The translations under genes were made by a program, and so were the position numbers. The notes below the pieces were generated by a model. That model was not told where the DNA came from. It was given only the letters and a program-made list of their open reading frames with translations, and searched no databases. DNA of 64,000 nucleotides from Promethearchaeota archaeon (GTDB taxonomy: Archaea > Asgardarchaeota > Lokiarchaeia > Sigyniarchaeales > SOKP01). This document shows, one piece after another, positions 9,570 through 18,430 of this stretch. Location: contig JBHLON010000004.1 in NCBI GenBank assembly GCA_048940445.1, positions 61,910-125,909 of the forward strand, read 5' to 3'. The stretch's first letter is position 1. Every line of letters starts with the position of its first letter.

Positions 9570-10961
9570 TTATTCAAGAAAATGGTCAATATCATGTTTT
9601 AATCTGTTAAATGAAGGTATGGATAGACGAATACCCCCTGCTAGTTTATGACCCCCTCCATTCCCCCCTAATTCATCTTTTATTTTTTTTATCACTTTAT
9701 TTACACCAGATTGTTGATTAAGTTCTAGAAAATTTCTTGAACATCTTATACTGAGTTTAATCATTTGAGTCTTTTTTTCCAAACCTCCTAAAAATAGTAT
9801 TTTTTTAGGGTTAATTAATTCATTAACCATAGTAAAGCTAGCAGTATCTGACCAATTACTAGGGGGGATAAGCCCATTACCTGCATTAATAAATACAGCT
9901 CTTTCTGTTTCATATCTACTAATTTCATTAGAAACCAATTTTAAATCTCTAGTTATATTATGGATATAATCATTATAGAGTGTTTTGGCATAGCGAGTAA
10001 TAGAATTTTGTTGGATTATTGATAAAGCAGCACTTATGTTCTTAAAGGATAAAATATTTAATAATAGAGCATGTTCAAATACAAACTGTAACAAACCCTC
10101 TTTTTGAGGTAATATTGCATAACTTCCTTGGTACAAGTTAGTAGCTTGCTGGATTCTTTCCATTTCTGATAAATTTATTTCATTAACTTTCTTATTTGGA
10201 TTTATTTGCAATTTGCTTAAGAAAGAATTAATAGTTGAGTCACTCTCACCCCCTAGATTTTTTACAAAAGGTAGAATGCTATTTTTTAATCCATTTTTGA
10301 TAGAATTATGCATTCCTCCAAAAAGGATAAGTCCTTTTTTATCTTCTATTAATTCTTCATCAACTAATTCTTGATATATTTCTTTATTAAACGATTTTAA
10401 TCTATCCATTGATTTCAAGGAATCTCCTGCTATTCCAATAACCGTTAACCAAGCTTGCCTTGTAATAGCAGGGATTATTAGCTTCGAAAACATATAAGTT
10501 AAAGTTGCACCCGCAATATGGTCAAGACCGTCATATCCATAAAGAGTTGGATTTACAAAAATTAAATTTTCAGGAAAATCATTAAAGTTTGTATCATTTT
10601 CAACTTCATGGTGATCTAATATAAAAAAATGCTCTTTTCGTTTTACTATAATAGGAATTAATTCCGTCAAAGTGGAGCCAATGTCAGTAAAAATTAAAGC
10701 AGTCTTCTCATTTTGTCTTTTAGGCAAAATTCCTTCCAAATAAGTTGCCCATGAAGAAGATCGATTATATATGAAATAATCATAATTTAAACCTAATCTG
10801 TGAAGCAGATTTTGGATAATTAGTAGACAACTAATTCCATCAGCATCGTTATGAGAAATGGCAATTATATTGTTATAAAGATTCTTAGAATTATCATTGA
10901 ATACGTTAGCAGCATTCTCAAGAGTATCTAAAAATTTTATTCGATCCAGTTTCTGTTTCAT
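9570..10961 (-). CDS. DHH-family phosphoesterase, RecJ/GAN/Cdc45-like
   Basis: HNDADG, TDIG, LDHH, IAGD and DHHA1 GGGHKLAGG motifs. Confidence 0.85.
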   Translation of the reverse strand: MKQKLDRIKFLDTLENAANVFNDNSKNLYNNIIAISHNDADGISCLLIIQNLLHRLGLNYDYFIYNRSSSWATYLEGILPKRQNEKTALIFTDIGSTLTELIPIIVKRKEHFFILDHHEVENDTNFNDFPENLIFVNPTLYGYDGLDHIAGATLTYMFSKLIIPAITRQAWLTVIGIAGDSLKSMDRLKSFNKEIYQELVDEELIEDKKGLILFGGMHNSIKNGLKNSILPFVKNLGGESDSTINSFLSKLQINPNKKVNEINLSEMERIQQATNLYQGSYAILPQKEGLLQFVFEHALLLNILSFKNISAALSIIQQNSITRYAKTLYNDYIHNITRDLKLVSNEISRYETERAVFINAGNGLIPPSNWSDTASFTMVNELINPKKILFLGGLEKKTQMIKLSIRCSRNFLELNQQSGVNKVIKKIKDELGGNGGGHKLAGGIRLSIPSFNRLKHDIDHFLE

Positions 10962-11226
10962 TTATATCATATTTCAATTGTAGAGTAATTTAATTAACCA
11001 AAATTCTATACAAAATCACAAATAAAAATATCTTTCTAATATCATTTAATAGATATTTAATATTTTCTTTTAAAGAGATTTTAAATAAAATTAAAATAAA
11101 TTCAATAAATATAAATATTCCTATAATATCAGAACAGAAGAAGCAATTGAACTAAAATTTAAAAGTTAAGGAAAAATTATTTAATTTTAAATAATTTTCA
11201 CTCTAAAATAATCCTTATATTTAAGA

Positions 11227-12924
11227 ATGCTGAAAAAAAAAGCTCAAATTGTTACAGTTGTATTGTTTATTTTGAGCATTTGTGTAATATCAATTTATCA
11301 GACTTATCCTAATCCACAAGTTGGTTTTCTAGATAAAAATACTGATGTAAAATCTCAAATATTCTCTAAAGAAGATTATTCACCTATTATTAAAGAAGAG
11401 AAACAAGCATTAGGAAATATAAGTGTAATAAGCCTCAATTTTAATCAAAAAGGTTTTTTTAATAACTCCAAAAAGTACCCCAATCTTGATGATGATTTAA
11501 CTTCTGGAGCTCTCAATATGTCCTTTCTTGGGATTAATTTTATTGAAACGAAGAATCCAGCTCAAGTTGACAATCTGGATAAAGAGATTCAAGATTCAAA
11601 TCGTATTACGGTTATATTAAACGAATCCATTAATGTGGTTTATGATATCTCTATTCCCAATGCAGAAGGATACTTAGTCTATGGCTCTAGATTGTTTCCC
11701 TGCAAATTGAAACAATTATGGTTAACAAATGAATCCATGAGTACTCAAGAGGTTCCTAATAAAGATTATTCCACGGATTCATTTAATTTCTTGGTTTTTG
11801 ATTATCTTCAATATTTTGGCACCACTCGTAATAATTTCACAATGCACCTTATATGGGAATACAATTTAACGGTTAGAGATTGGGTATTATATCAAGACTC
11901 AGAAGATATGATCTTAGTTAAATATCAACAACAAGAAATCAAATCCTTATTCTATTACAATTTCAGCATTCTTGGTCAAAAACTTACGAACCTCACAGTT
12001 AAGAAAAGTTCTGATAACCTTGATGTTAAATTGAAGTTAAACCTCCCAGACAAAGATGATCTCTATGGACACACTCTAAAAGTCGGTCCTGATAATATTA
12101 ACAATTTTTTAAATACAGATAATTCAATCAATATATCAACCGTAGCAGATCGAAAGCTAGTAAGTCTAACATTTAATGCTAACTATACTATTGAATTTAT
12201 TAACTCCGTTGAAAATACATGGGCAATAGACCGATTAGTAAAAGATACTAATATACGGGAACGAATATATTTCCCTTCCTTAATTGGTGGACCAAAACAT
12301 ATCCTGTTAAAATATCTCATGATTCATGAAGATACAATTACCGTGGATCAAGTAGTCTCAAATTCCTCTTTATTTTCAAGAGAAGTTCAATATTTTGATC
12401 TTAATGTATCAAATGTAATGGAAGATTTTCAAAAAAGTTTAATATTTACACAAGATGCTGTAAAGAAACTTGGATTAAAGATAATACTTCCTTATCTCAT
12501 TTTAGGAGAAACTGATCCTGTAATAATAAGATATGATGCTTCCAACGATCTAATTATTAGAATTACAGATAATATTAATATGCCTTTAGTGGGAGTTAAC
12601 ATTGAATTATATTATTACCAAAAAAGTTATGGTACATATATATCTAATGATTTAAATCAGAAGATTTCACCCCAATTTACAGATGAAAATGGAGAGATAA
12701 TAATTAGAAATGTTCCTAATGGTAATTATATTGTTAGAATATATGACTCTTCGAGACTTATAAAAGAGGCTACTGTAAGTGCTAATAATGAAATTAATGT
12801 GGTTAGAACTGATGAAATCCATTTTCCATTAATTATTTTAATATTTCTTTTAATCAGTGGTATATTTGTATTATTAGGTTTGATTTCTTATATTCAACAA
12901 AAAAAACGTCGAAATCTTAAATGA
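11227..12924 (+). CDS. Secreted, C-terminally membrane-anchored hypothetical protein
   Basis: N-terminal signal-like segment, many N-x-S/T sequons, TDENG..P.G.Y beta-sandwich motif, C-terminal TM plus basic tail. Confidence 0.7.
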   Translation: MLKKKAQIVTVVLFILSICVISIYQTYPNPQVGFLDKNTDVKSQIFSKEDYSPIIKEEKQALGNISVISLNFNQKGFFNNSKKYPNLDDDLTSGALNMSFLGINFIETKNPAQVDNLDKEIQDSNRITVILNESINVVYDISIPNAEGYLVYGSRLFPCKLKQLWLTNESMSTQEVPNKDYSTDSFNFLVFDYLQYFGTTRNNFTMHLIWEYNLTVRDWVLYQDSEDMILVKYQQQEIKSLFYYNFSILGQKLTNLTVKKSSDNLDVKLKLNLPDKDDLYGHTLKVGPDNINNFLNTDNSINISTVADRKLVSLTFNANYTIEFINSVENTWAIDRLVKDTNIRERIYFPSLIGGPKHILLKYLMIHEDTITVDQVVSNSSLFSREVQYFDLNVSNVMEDFQKSLIFTQDAVKKLGLKIILPYLILGETDPVIIRYDASNDLIIRITDNINMPLVGVNIELYYYQKSYGTYISNDLNQKISPQFTDENGEIIIRNVPNGNYIVRIYDSSRLIKEATVSANNEINVVRTDEIHFPLIILIFLLISGIFVLLGLISYIQQKKRRNLK

Positions 12925-13250
12925 TTGTTATTTTTATTGATAATCTAGAGAATTTCATTGAATTTTTAAAAAATAGGATAATGGATGAGATTTTCTTTGA
13001 ATTTAAACAGAATAATAGTCAATCAGATTTAAGTAGTGAAGTGAAAATTGATATAATCCTTCATTTTTTGGCTAAAATTGATGGTAGTTTAATGTTATAT
13101 GAGACAAAATTAATATTAAATAAACCAATTAGTTCCAATATTGATGAAGAGGTTTTGAATTCATTAAGGTCTATTTTTAATCAAGTAGATCCTTCGATAA
13201 CGCTTGTTAAAGGGAAAATTAGAGAAATTTTTCTATCCTATTCTTCTTAA
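12921..13250 (+). CDS. Hypothetical protein
   Basis: 109-aa ORF overlapping the upstream stop codon (ATGA), suggesting translational coupling. Confidence 0.65.
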   Translation: MIVIFIDNLENFIEFLKNRIMDEIFFEFKQNNSQSDLSSEVKIDIILHFLAKIDGSLMLYETKLILNKPISSNIDEEVLNSLRSIFNQVDPSITLVKGKIREIFLSYSS

Positions 13251-13256
13251 AAAGGT

Positions 13257-14825
13257 TCATGAATTAGTATTTACTAATTCTCCATAACCTATCAATCTAT
13301 ATCTTCGATTTATTATCCTTGAAATTGCAAAGACAAAATCTTTAGGAACACAAATTGGAGGATTCAATTGTAAGATATAAGAATTTTTTAGAATTTTAGT
13401 TATTGTTCCACCTGTTTTCTCAGTACCGACGACAAGTAGGAGCTTTTCGTTATGTTTAAGCTCGGTAACTTTGATTTGCATTTCTGAACCTATAACTCTC
13501 TCAAGTAAATGGACTTTAAGCTCGACTTCTGAAATTACATCCGGCAATGTACCAGGTATTCCGACTAAATGCCCTATTAGTGAATCTCCTTTAGTTAATG
13601 CTGGATCCAGCTTTGTTCCTAAACCAATTAATCCTCCAGGCTTAGCTTCATTTAAAAGATTCATTCCCTGACTTATACTGACTATTTTAGACTTAATAGG
13701 AGAATAACTGTTTTTAATTTTTATACCGGGTCGAATCTCGATCTCATCACCGACATTTACCTTTCCTTTTAATACTGATCCTCCAATAACTCCACCCCTT
13801 AATTTTTCTATATCTGTCCCTGGCTTGTTAATATCAAAAGATCGGGCTATTAGAAACTCAAAGTCCTCATCTTTGCTTAATGTTGGAGTTGGAATTACTT
13901 CTTCAAATGCCTTAACTACTAAATCAATATTAGAGCCAAATACAGCTGAGACAGGTAAGATCGGGGCATTTTCAATAGGTGTTCCATTAAGGAATTTTTT
14001 AATTTGTTTATAGTTTTCTAATGCTTTTTCTTTAGATACCGCATCAATTTTATTCTGAATTACAATTACATTTTCTATTCCAGCAATATTCAAAGCAGCA
14101 AGATGTTCTCGAGTCTGAGGTTGAGGACATGACTCATCAGCTGCTACTAATAAACAGGCTCCATTCATTAGGGAAGCTCCACTGAGCATTGTAGCCATCA
14201 ATATTTCGTGTCCAGGAGCATCAACAAATGAGATATTTCTTTTGAATTCTAAGTTTCCTTCGCATTTATTACAACTATAAGCAGGTTGTCCTTCCTTATG
14301 ATTTTTTTCTGCCATATAGGACGTTAGGTACTCATCACATTCAGGACAATATAAAATTGTTGCATTAGAATAGCCCAATTTTATAGATATTCCTCTCTCC
14401 TTTTCCTCAGAATGTCTATCTGTCCAATCTCCAGTAAGGGATTTTACTAATGTTGTTTTCCCGTGATCTACATGTCCAACTAAGCCGACATTGCATTCTG
14501 CTTGTTGTTTCATTAACTTTACTAACTCTTTTGCTTTTTCGCGGGAATATTTTTTAGAAGGCTTTTTTTCTACTTTCGATTCAGTCTCTAAGGGCACTTC
14601 TTCCTTTAATGTTTCAAGTTTTTCTTTCTCCTTAGAATCTAGTAATTCTTTTGCATTAGAAATGTATTTAATTGCTGTAGATTCTCCTACTCCTTTTATT
14701 TTGATTTTTATTAGATCTTCAGGCCTACATGAAGCTAATTTTTCAACTGAGTCTATACCTGCTGCTTTCATACGTTCAGCAGTAGTTTTTCCTATTCCTG
14801 AAATATCTTCTAAATGCAGCGTCAT
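13257..14825 (-). CDS. eif2g: Translation initiation factor 2 gamma subunit with N-terminal helix-hairpin-helix extension
   Basis: GHVDHGKTT, RGISIKLGY, Zn knuckle, DAPGHE, PQPQTREH, QNKID; about 105 extra N-terminal residues with two HhH motifs. Confidence 0.95.
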   Translation of the reverse strand: MTLHLEDISGIGKTTAERMKAAGIDSVEKLASCRPEDLIKIKIKGVGESTAIKYISNAKELLDSKEKEKLETLKEEVPLETESKVEKKPSKKYSREKAKELVKLMKQQAECNVGLVGHVDHGKTTLVKSLTGDWTDRHSEEKERGISIKLGYSNATILYCPECDEYLTSYMAEKNHKEGQPAYSCNKCEGNLEFKRNISFVDAPGHEILMATMLSGASLMNGACLLVAADESCPQPQTREHLAALNIAGIENVIVIQNKIDAVSKEKALENYKQIKKFLNGTPIENAPILPVSAVFGSNIDLVVKAFEEVIPTPTLSKDEDFEFLIARSFDINKPGTDIEKLRGGVIGGSVLKGKVNVGDEIEIRPGIKIKNSYSPIKSKIVSISQGMNLLNEAKPGGLIGLGTKLDPALTKGDSLIGHLVGIPGTLPDVISEVELKVHLLERVIGSEMQIKVTELKHNEKLLLVVGTEKTGGTITKILKNSYILQLNPPICVPKDFVFAISRIINRRYRLIGYGELVNTNS

Positions 14826-14930
14826 TCCAAATTAACTATGAGTTCTTCTAATTATAGTATCTAAGAATTTATATGTTGTATTTTATAATAAATTAATTGT
14901 TAAATATAAGATTTTTAGAAAAATATCTTG

Positions 14931-15152
14931 TTATAGGGTTGTTATTGTTTTAATTGCACCACTTTTCTTTTCAAGCTCATAATATGAGATTTGTAAGAGA
15001 CTATCAACATAAAAAGTAGATATTTTGCCACATGTTTCATTATTATGATGAATATATACAGGAGCAGGATATTGAGAACAATCTATATCTTCTTTTTCAA
15101 TTTTAAATATAATTTTTTGATTACAATGAGGGCAAATATAGAATCGAATCAT
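14931..15152 (-). CDS. Small putative Zn-binding protein
   Basis: CPHC...H..C pattern, 73 aa. Confidence 0.6.
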   Translation of the reverse strand: MIRFYICPHCNQKIIFKIEKEDIDCSQYPAPVYIHHNNETCGKISTFYVDSLLQISYYELEKKSGAIKTITTL

Positions 15153-15261
15153 TTTATATTTTAATACCAGTCTTATTTTTAATTATTAATAATATTAGAA
15201 AATATATTATTTACTTTAAAAATAAATAAATATCGAATTGATTTTACTATAATAATCTAAG

Positions 15262-17403
15262 ATGAAGTATTTTAATTTAAAGAAAAACATAAAATTAGTA
15301 GGTATAATTTTAATTCTATTAATTCCCATTTCATTTAGGTTTAGAAACAATTATACTGATAAAAATATAATTTATCCAAACTTAAACCTTTTAAACTCAT
15401 CCAATAACGTACCTAATATAGATCTCTCTAAATTGCCTGGAATTGATTATGAATCTTGGTATAAACCTAAGATTGAAATGTTGGTTATTACTCCCCCTAA
15501 TGAAGACTTTATCAACGCAGTCTCTCCATTAGTGGAATGGAAGAATAGTAAAGGTCTAAAAACCATAATATTAAGTAATTATTCTGAATATCCTGGAAGA
15601 GATGATGCAGAACGAATCAGAAATATGATAAAATATTACTATGAACATGAAAATGTTAAATGGGTTCTTCTAGCAGGTGATGCGAAGAATAATTTAATTC
15701 CCATAAGATATGTCTATAACCCCGATGTAATTGTAGTTGGAGGTGGAGAAAGTGAATACTTAAACTGGGATGATTACTATAAACCTACTGACTTCTATTA
15801 TGCTGATTTAACTGGGTCATGGGATGATGATAACGATAATAATTTTGGAGAATCTGCAAAGTACAATCAGAATGGAATAGATGAAATTAGTTGGACTCCA
15901 GAAGTCTATGTGGGGCGTTTTCCTGCAAATACCGCTACTGAACTCGCAATAATGGTTAATAAGAGTTTAGAATATGAATCCAATCCGTATATTGGAAATT
16001 GGATGAATTCCATGCTATTAGCGGGTGGAATATCTGAGTACACTCCAGATGAAGATGAGGCGAGGCTAACCGAATATATTTGGACAAATTATGTATTATC
16101 TGAAATGAATTTTACAAATCTATATAAGACTACTTCAAGTTTTACACCAACCACTCCCCCATATCCTAATAATCAAACAGAATTAAACACTTCCAATTTT
16201 GATGCTTTATTTGACAAGGGTTATTCTACAGTCATGTTTGCAGGGCATGGAGATCCGACGAAATTTACCAGTTTACCCTCTTATTTTATAGTATATAGTA
16301 ATAATGATGCTACATCAAGCGAAAATATAGGTAAACCTTCATTGGTTTATGCTGATGCATGTACAACCTCTTCTTATGATAAAAATGATAATAGTATAGG
16401 AGAGGTTTTAATAAAAAGAGAAGATGGGGGAGCAATCGGTTATATAGGAGGTCTTAGAGTCACTTGGTATGTGAATAATGATACTAATTTAGAATATCTA
16501 AATCGTGGTAATGCAAAACTATTTTGGAAGACATTCTTTAATGAGAAATATTTTCAACAAGGAAAAGCACTATATGAATCTAAATTAGCGTATATGAATT
16601 CAGATATATTTGTAAATGGTTCTTCGTCTATGTATTTTGAATGGCATCGAAAAAATATATTAAGTTACTGTTTATTAGGAGATCCGGAATTAGATGTTTA
16701 TACAAATAGACCAAAAGAAGCGAGTAACATATTTAATTCATCTTATAGTGAAGGCCATTATATCTCATTAATTGTAAAAGATGTGAATAATAAGTCAGTA
16801 CCATATGCAAGCGTAAATTTAAGAACTCTTGATGGCAAATATAGAACATTCTATGCAGATAAATATGGATTGGTAAATATTAGATTGCCTCCTCAAGCAA
16901 ATGAGGTTTATAATATAACAATCACAGGTCATAATCTTATCCCTACTTCCTTCACCTTTTCAACACATCCAGATAATTCTATACCAGAAATCCGTCACAT
17001 TGATTGGCTTCCAAAATCACCGTCTCTTTTAGATAATATTTGCTTTAATATAACAACTTATGATAATAGTTCTGGAGTTGAAAGTGTTTTTTTACTGTTA
17101 TCTAAAAATAACTTTGAGGATTATACATATTATAAAATTGATAACGATAATATCCAAGATATCATAAATTTTGAATATGAACTTAATAAACTTGATCCCG
17201 GGGAATATCGTTTTGCGATTGTAGCAAGAAATTATGCAAATAATTCTGAAATTTTATATCGTGAAAATTTTCAATTTACCATCCCGAAACCTTTAATGGA
17301 TTACGTACTTATAATAACACTTTTATTAATAATTAGTCTTGTTGGAGTTTCATTTTTTGTGATATTTAAAGGAAACCAAAAGCAGAAAGAAACATTAAGA
17401 TAG
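15262..17403 (+). CDS. C25 (gingipain-like) cysteine peptidase, membrane anchored
   Basis: LLAGD, TDFYYADL, VGRFP, catalytic AGHG and ADAC, LLGDP; signal segment and C-terminal TM. Confidence 0.88.
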   Translation: MKYFNLKKNIKLVGIILILLIPISFRFRNNYTDKNIIYPNLNLLNSSNNVPNIDLSKLPGIDYESWYKPKIEMLVITPPNEDFINAVSPLVEWKNSKGLKTIILSNYSEYPGRDDAERIRNMIKYYYEHENVKWVLLAGDAKNNLIPIRYVYNPDVIVVGGGESEYLNWDDYYKPTDFYYADLTGSWDDDNDNNFGESAKYNQNGIDEISWTPEVYVGRFPANTATELAIMVNKSLEYESNPYIGNWMNSMLLAGGISEYTPDEDEARLTEYIWTNYVLSEMNFTNLYKTTSSFTPTTPPYPNNQTELNTSNFDALFDKGYSTVMFAGHGDPTKFTSLPSYFIVYSNNDATSSENIGKPSLVYADACTTSSYDKNDNSIGEVLIKREDGGAIGYIGGLRVTWYVNNDTNLEYLNRGNAKLFWKTFFNEKYFQQGKALYESKLAYMNSDIFVNGSSSMYFEWHRKNILSYCLLGDPELDVYTNRPKEASNIFNSSYSEGHYISLIVKDVNNKSVPYASVNLRTLDGKYRTFYADKYGLVNIRLPPQANEVYNITITGHNLIPTSFTFSTHPDNSIPEIRHIDWLPKSPSLLDNICFNITTYDNSSGVESVFLLLSKNNFEDYTYYKIDNDNIQDIINFEYELNKLDPGEYRFAIVARNYANNSEILYRENFQFTIPKPLMDYVLIITLLLIISLVGVSFFVIFKGNQKQKETLR

Positions 17404-17621
17404 TTCCCATAGATGTATTGCCCAATTCTACTGGAAAATACTATGCTTTCAACTTTAACTTTTAAATTTAATGGTTTATAATGAAAAAATTTAATTAGTA
17501 GCTTTTATTAAATGTATTAACTTAAAACCATATAAGCAAGGTATTTTGAGAAAAAATAGCCAAGCTTATAAAATGGTCTTAAAGGATTTTTTAACCACAA
17601 AAATCCTATACATTTCGTAAT

Positions 17622-17754
17622 GCGCTGGAAGTTAAACTGTTTTGCGTTGAAATTAGTACTGCAATTGAGATTTGTGGGAACTTTCTAACTGTGGCTTAGG
17701 CTACGGTCATGGTAAAACAGGAAAATACCTGGTCCCATCTGAACCCAGAAGCGC
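17622..17754 (+). other. Bulge-helix-bulge-like RNA processing motif formed between the 5S flanks
   Basis: GCG(17622-24)/CGC(17752-54) outer helix; CUGG(17625-28)/CCAG(17745-48) 4-bp central helix; AAG bulges at 17629-31 and 17749-51. Confidence 0.75.
17631..17750 (+). rRNA. rrf: 5S rRNA, circularly permuted gene (3' half 17631-17695, UUAG linker, 5' half 17700-17750)
   Basis: 5S signatures ACCUGGUCCCAUCUGAACCCAGAA, GUUAA, AGUAC and GGGAA; helices I, II and III all pair across the two halves; total 120 nt. Confidence 0.85.
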
Positions 17755-17882
17755 TAAAATTTTTGTGGTTAAAAGACTATTTCATAATATCTCTACTTCT
17801 AATCAAGGGAAGAATAATTTTTTTAAATGTTCTTTAATAAAATATTATATTATCGAATTATTCTTTTACTGAAAGGTGTGTT

Positions 17883-18425
17883 ATGCCGAAAAATTTAACA
17901 GTAATTTTAAAATCAATTGGAAGGAAATGGTTTTTCATTCTAGTTATCATTATCATTATAGTTGCTGTATTCGATCTTCAATTAGGTATCTGGATAACAG
18001 TAATTACATTGATCTTATATGGACTTTCATATATTCCGAATTTGTTATTTAGTAATAAACTTAAAAGATTTCTTAAGAACCAGAACACTATAGATGATAA
18101 GATGATTTCAAGACAATTAAAAAGGAAGTATGAAGAAATACAGAAAAGGTTGTTTAAATTATCCCAAAATCAAAAAAAGGAAAGTTGGTTAATAGTATTT
18201 CTAAACAAGCAATACATATTTTACAATGGAAAAATAATTGAGACATTTAAAGAACTTTATGAAAAAGGATTTGGAGAAAAAGAGATTTTAGAGGAACTTC
18301 AAAAAATTAACGTTAATACTCGTGCGGAAATTAAAGCGATAGAAGAAACTCTCATTAAAAATGATAGATTAAACGAGAGAATTGTTTCAGTTAAAGAATT
18401 TAGAGATAAAAAGAAATTTGGTTGA
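17883..18425 (+). CDS. Hypothetical membrane protein
   Basis: Two N-terminal TM segments and a basic cytoplasmic domain; GGTG SD-like element upstream. Confidence 0.7.
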   Translation: MPKNLTVILKSIGRKWFFILVIIIIIVAVFDLQLGIWITVITLILYGLSYIPNLLFSNKLKRFLKNQNTIDDKMISRQLKRKYEEIQKRLFKLSQNQKKESWLIVFLNKQYIFYNGKIIETFKELYEKGFGEKEILEELQKINVNTRAEIKAIEETLIKNDRLNERIVSVKEFRDKKKFG

Positions 18426-18430
18426 CATTT

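Larger units (their letters stand above)
17589..17774. repeat. Perfect 16-bp inverted repeat flanking the permuted 5S rRNA (arms 17589-17604 and 17759-17774)
   Basis: TTTTAACCACAAAAAT is the exact reverse complement of ATTTTTGTGGTTAAAA; extendable by 2 bp with one G-U pair. Confidence 0.92.

Noticed and set aside
17589-17774. Alternative reading as a MITE (terminal inverted repeats) or as two decayed tandem 5S copies
   Set aside because: No target-site duplication is evident. The halves are complementary rather than redundant, pair fully, and sum to 120 nt at the predicted cut sites. Sequence outside the cut sites stops resembling 5S within a few bases.
17672-17872. 66-aa ORF from the ORF track
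   Set aside because: It overlaps the 5S rRNA and its processing stem and has no protein-like features, so it is probably spurious.
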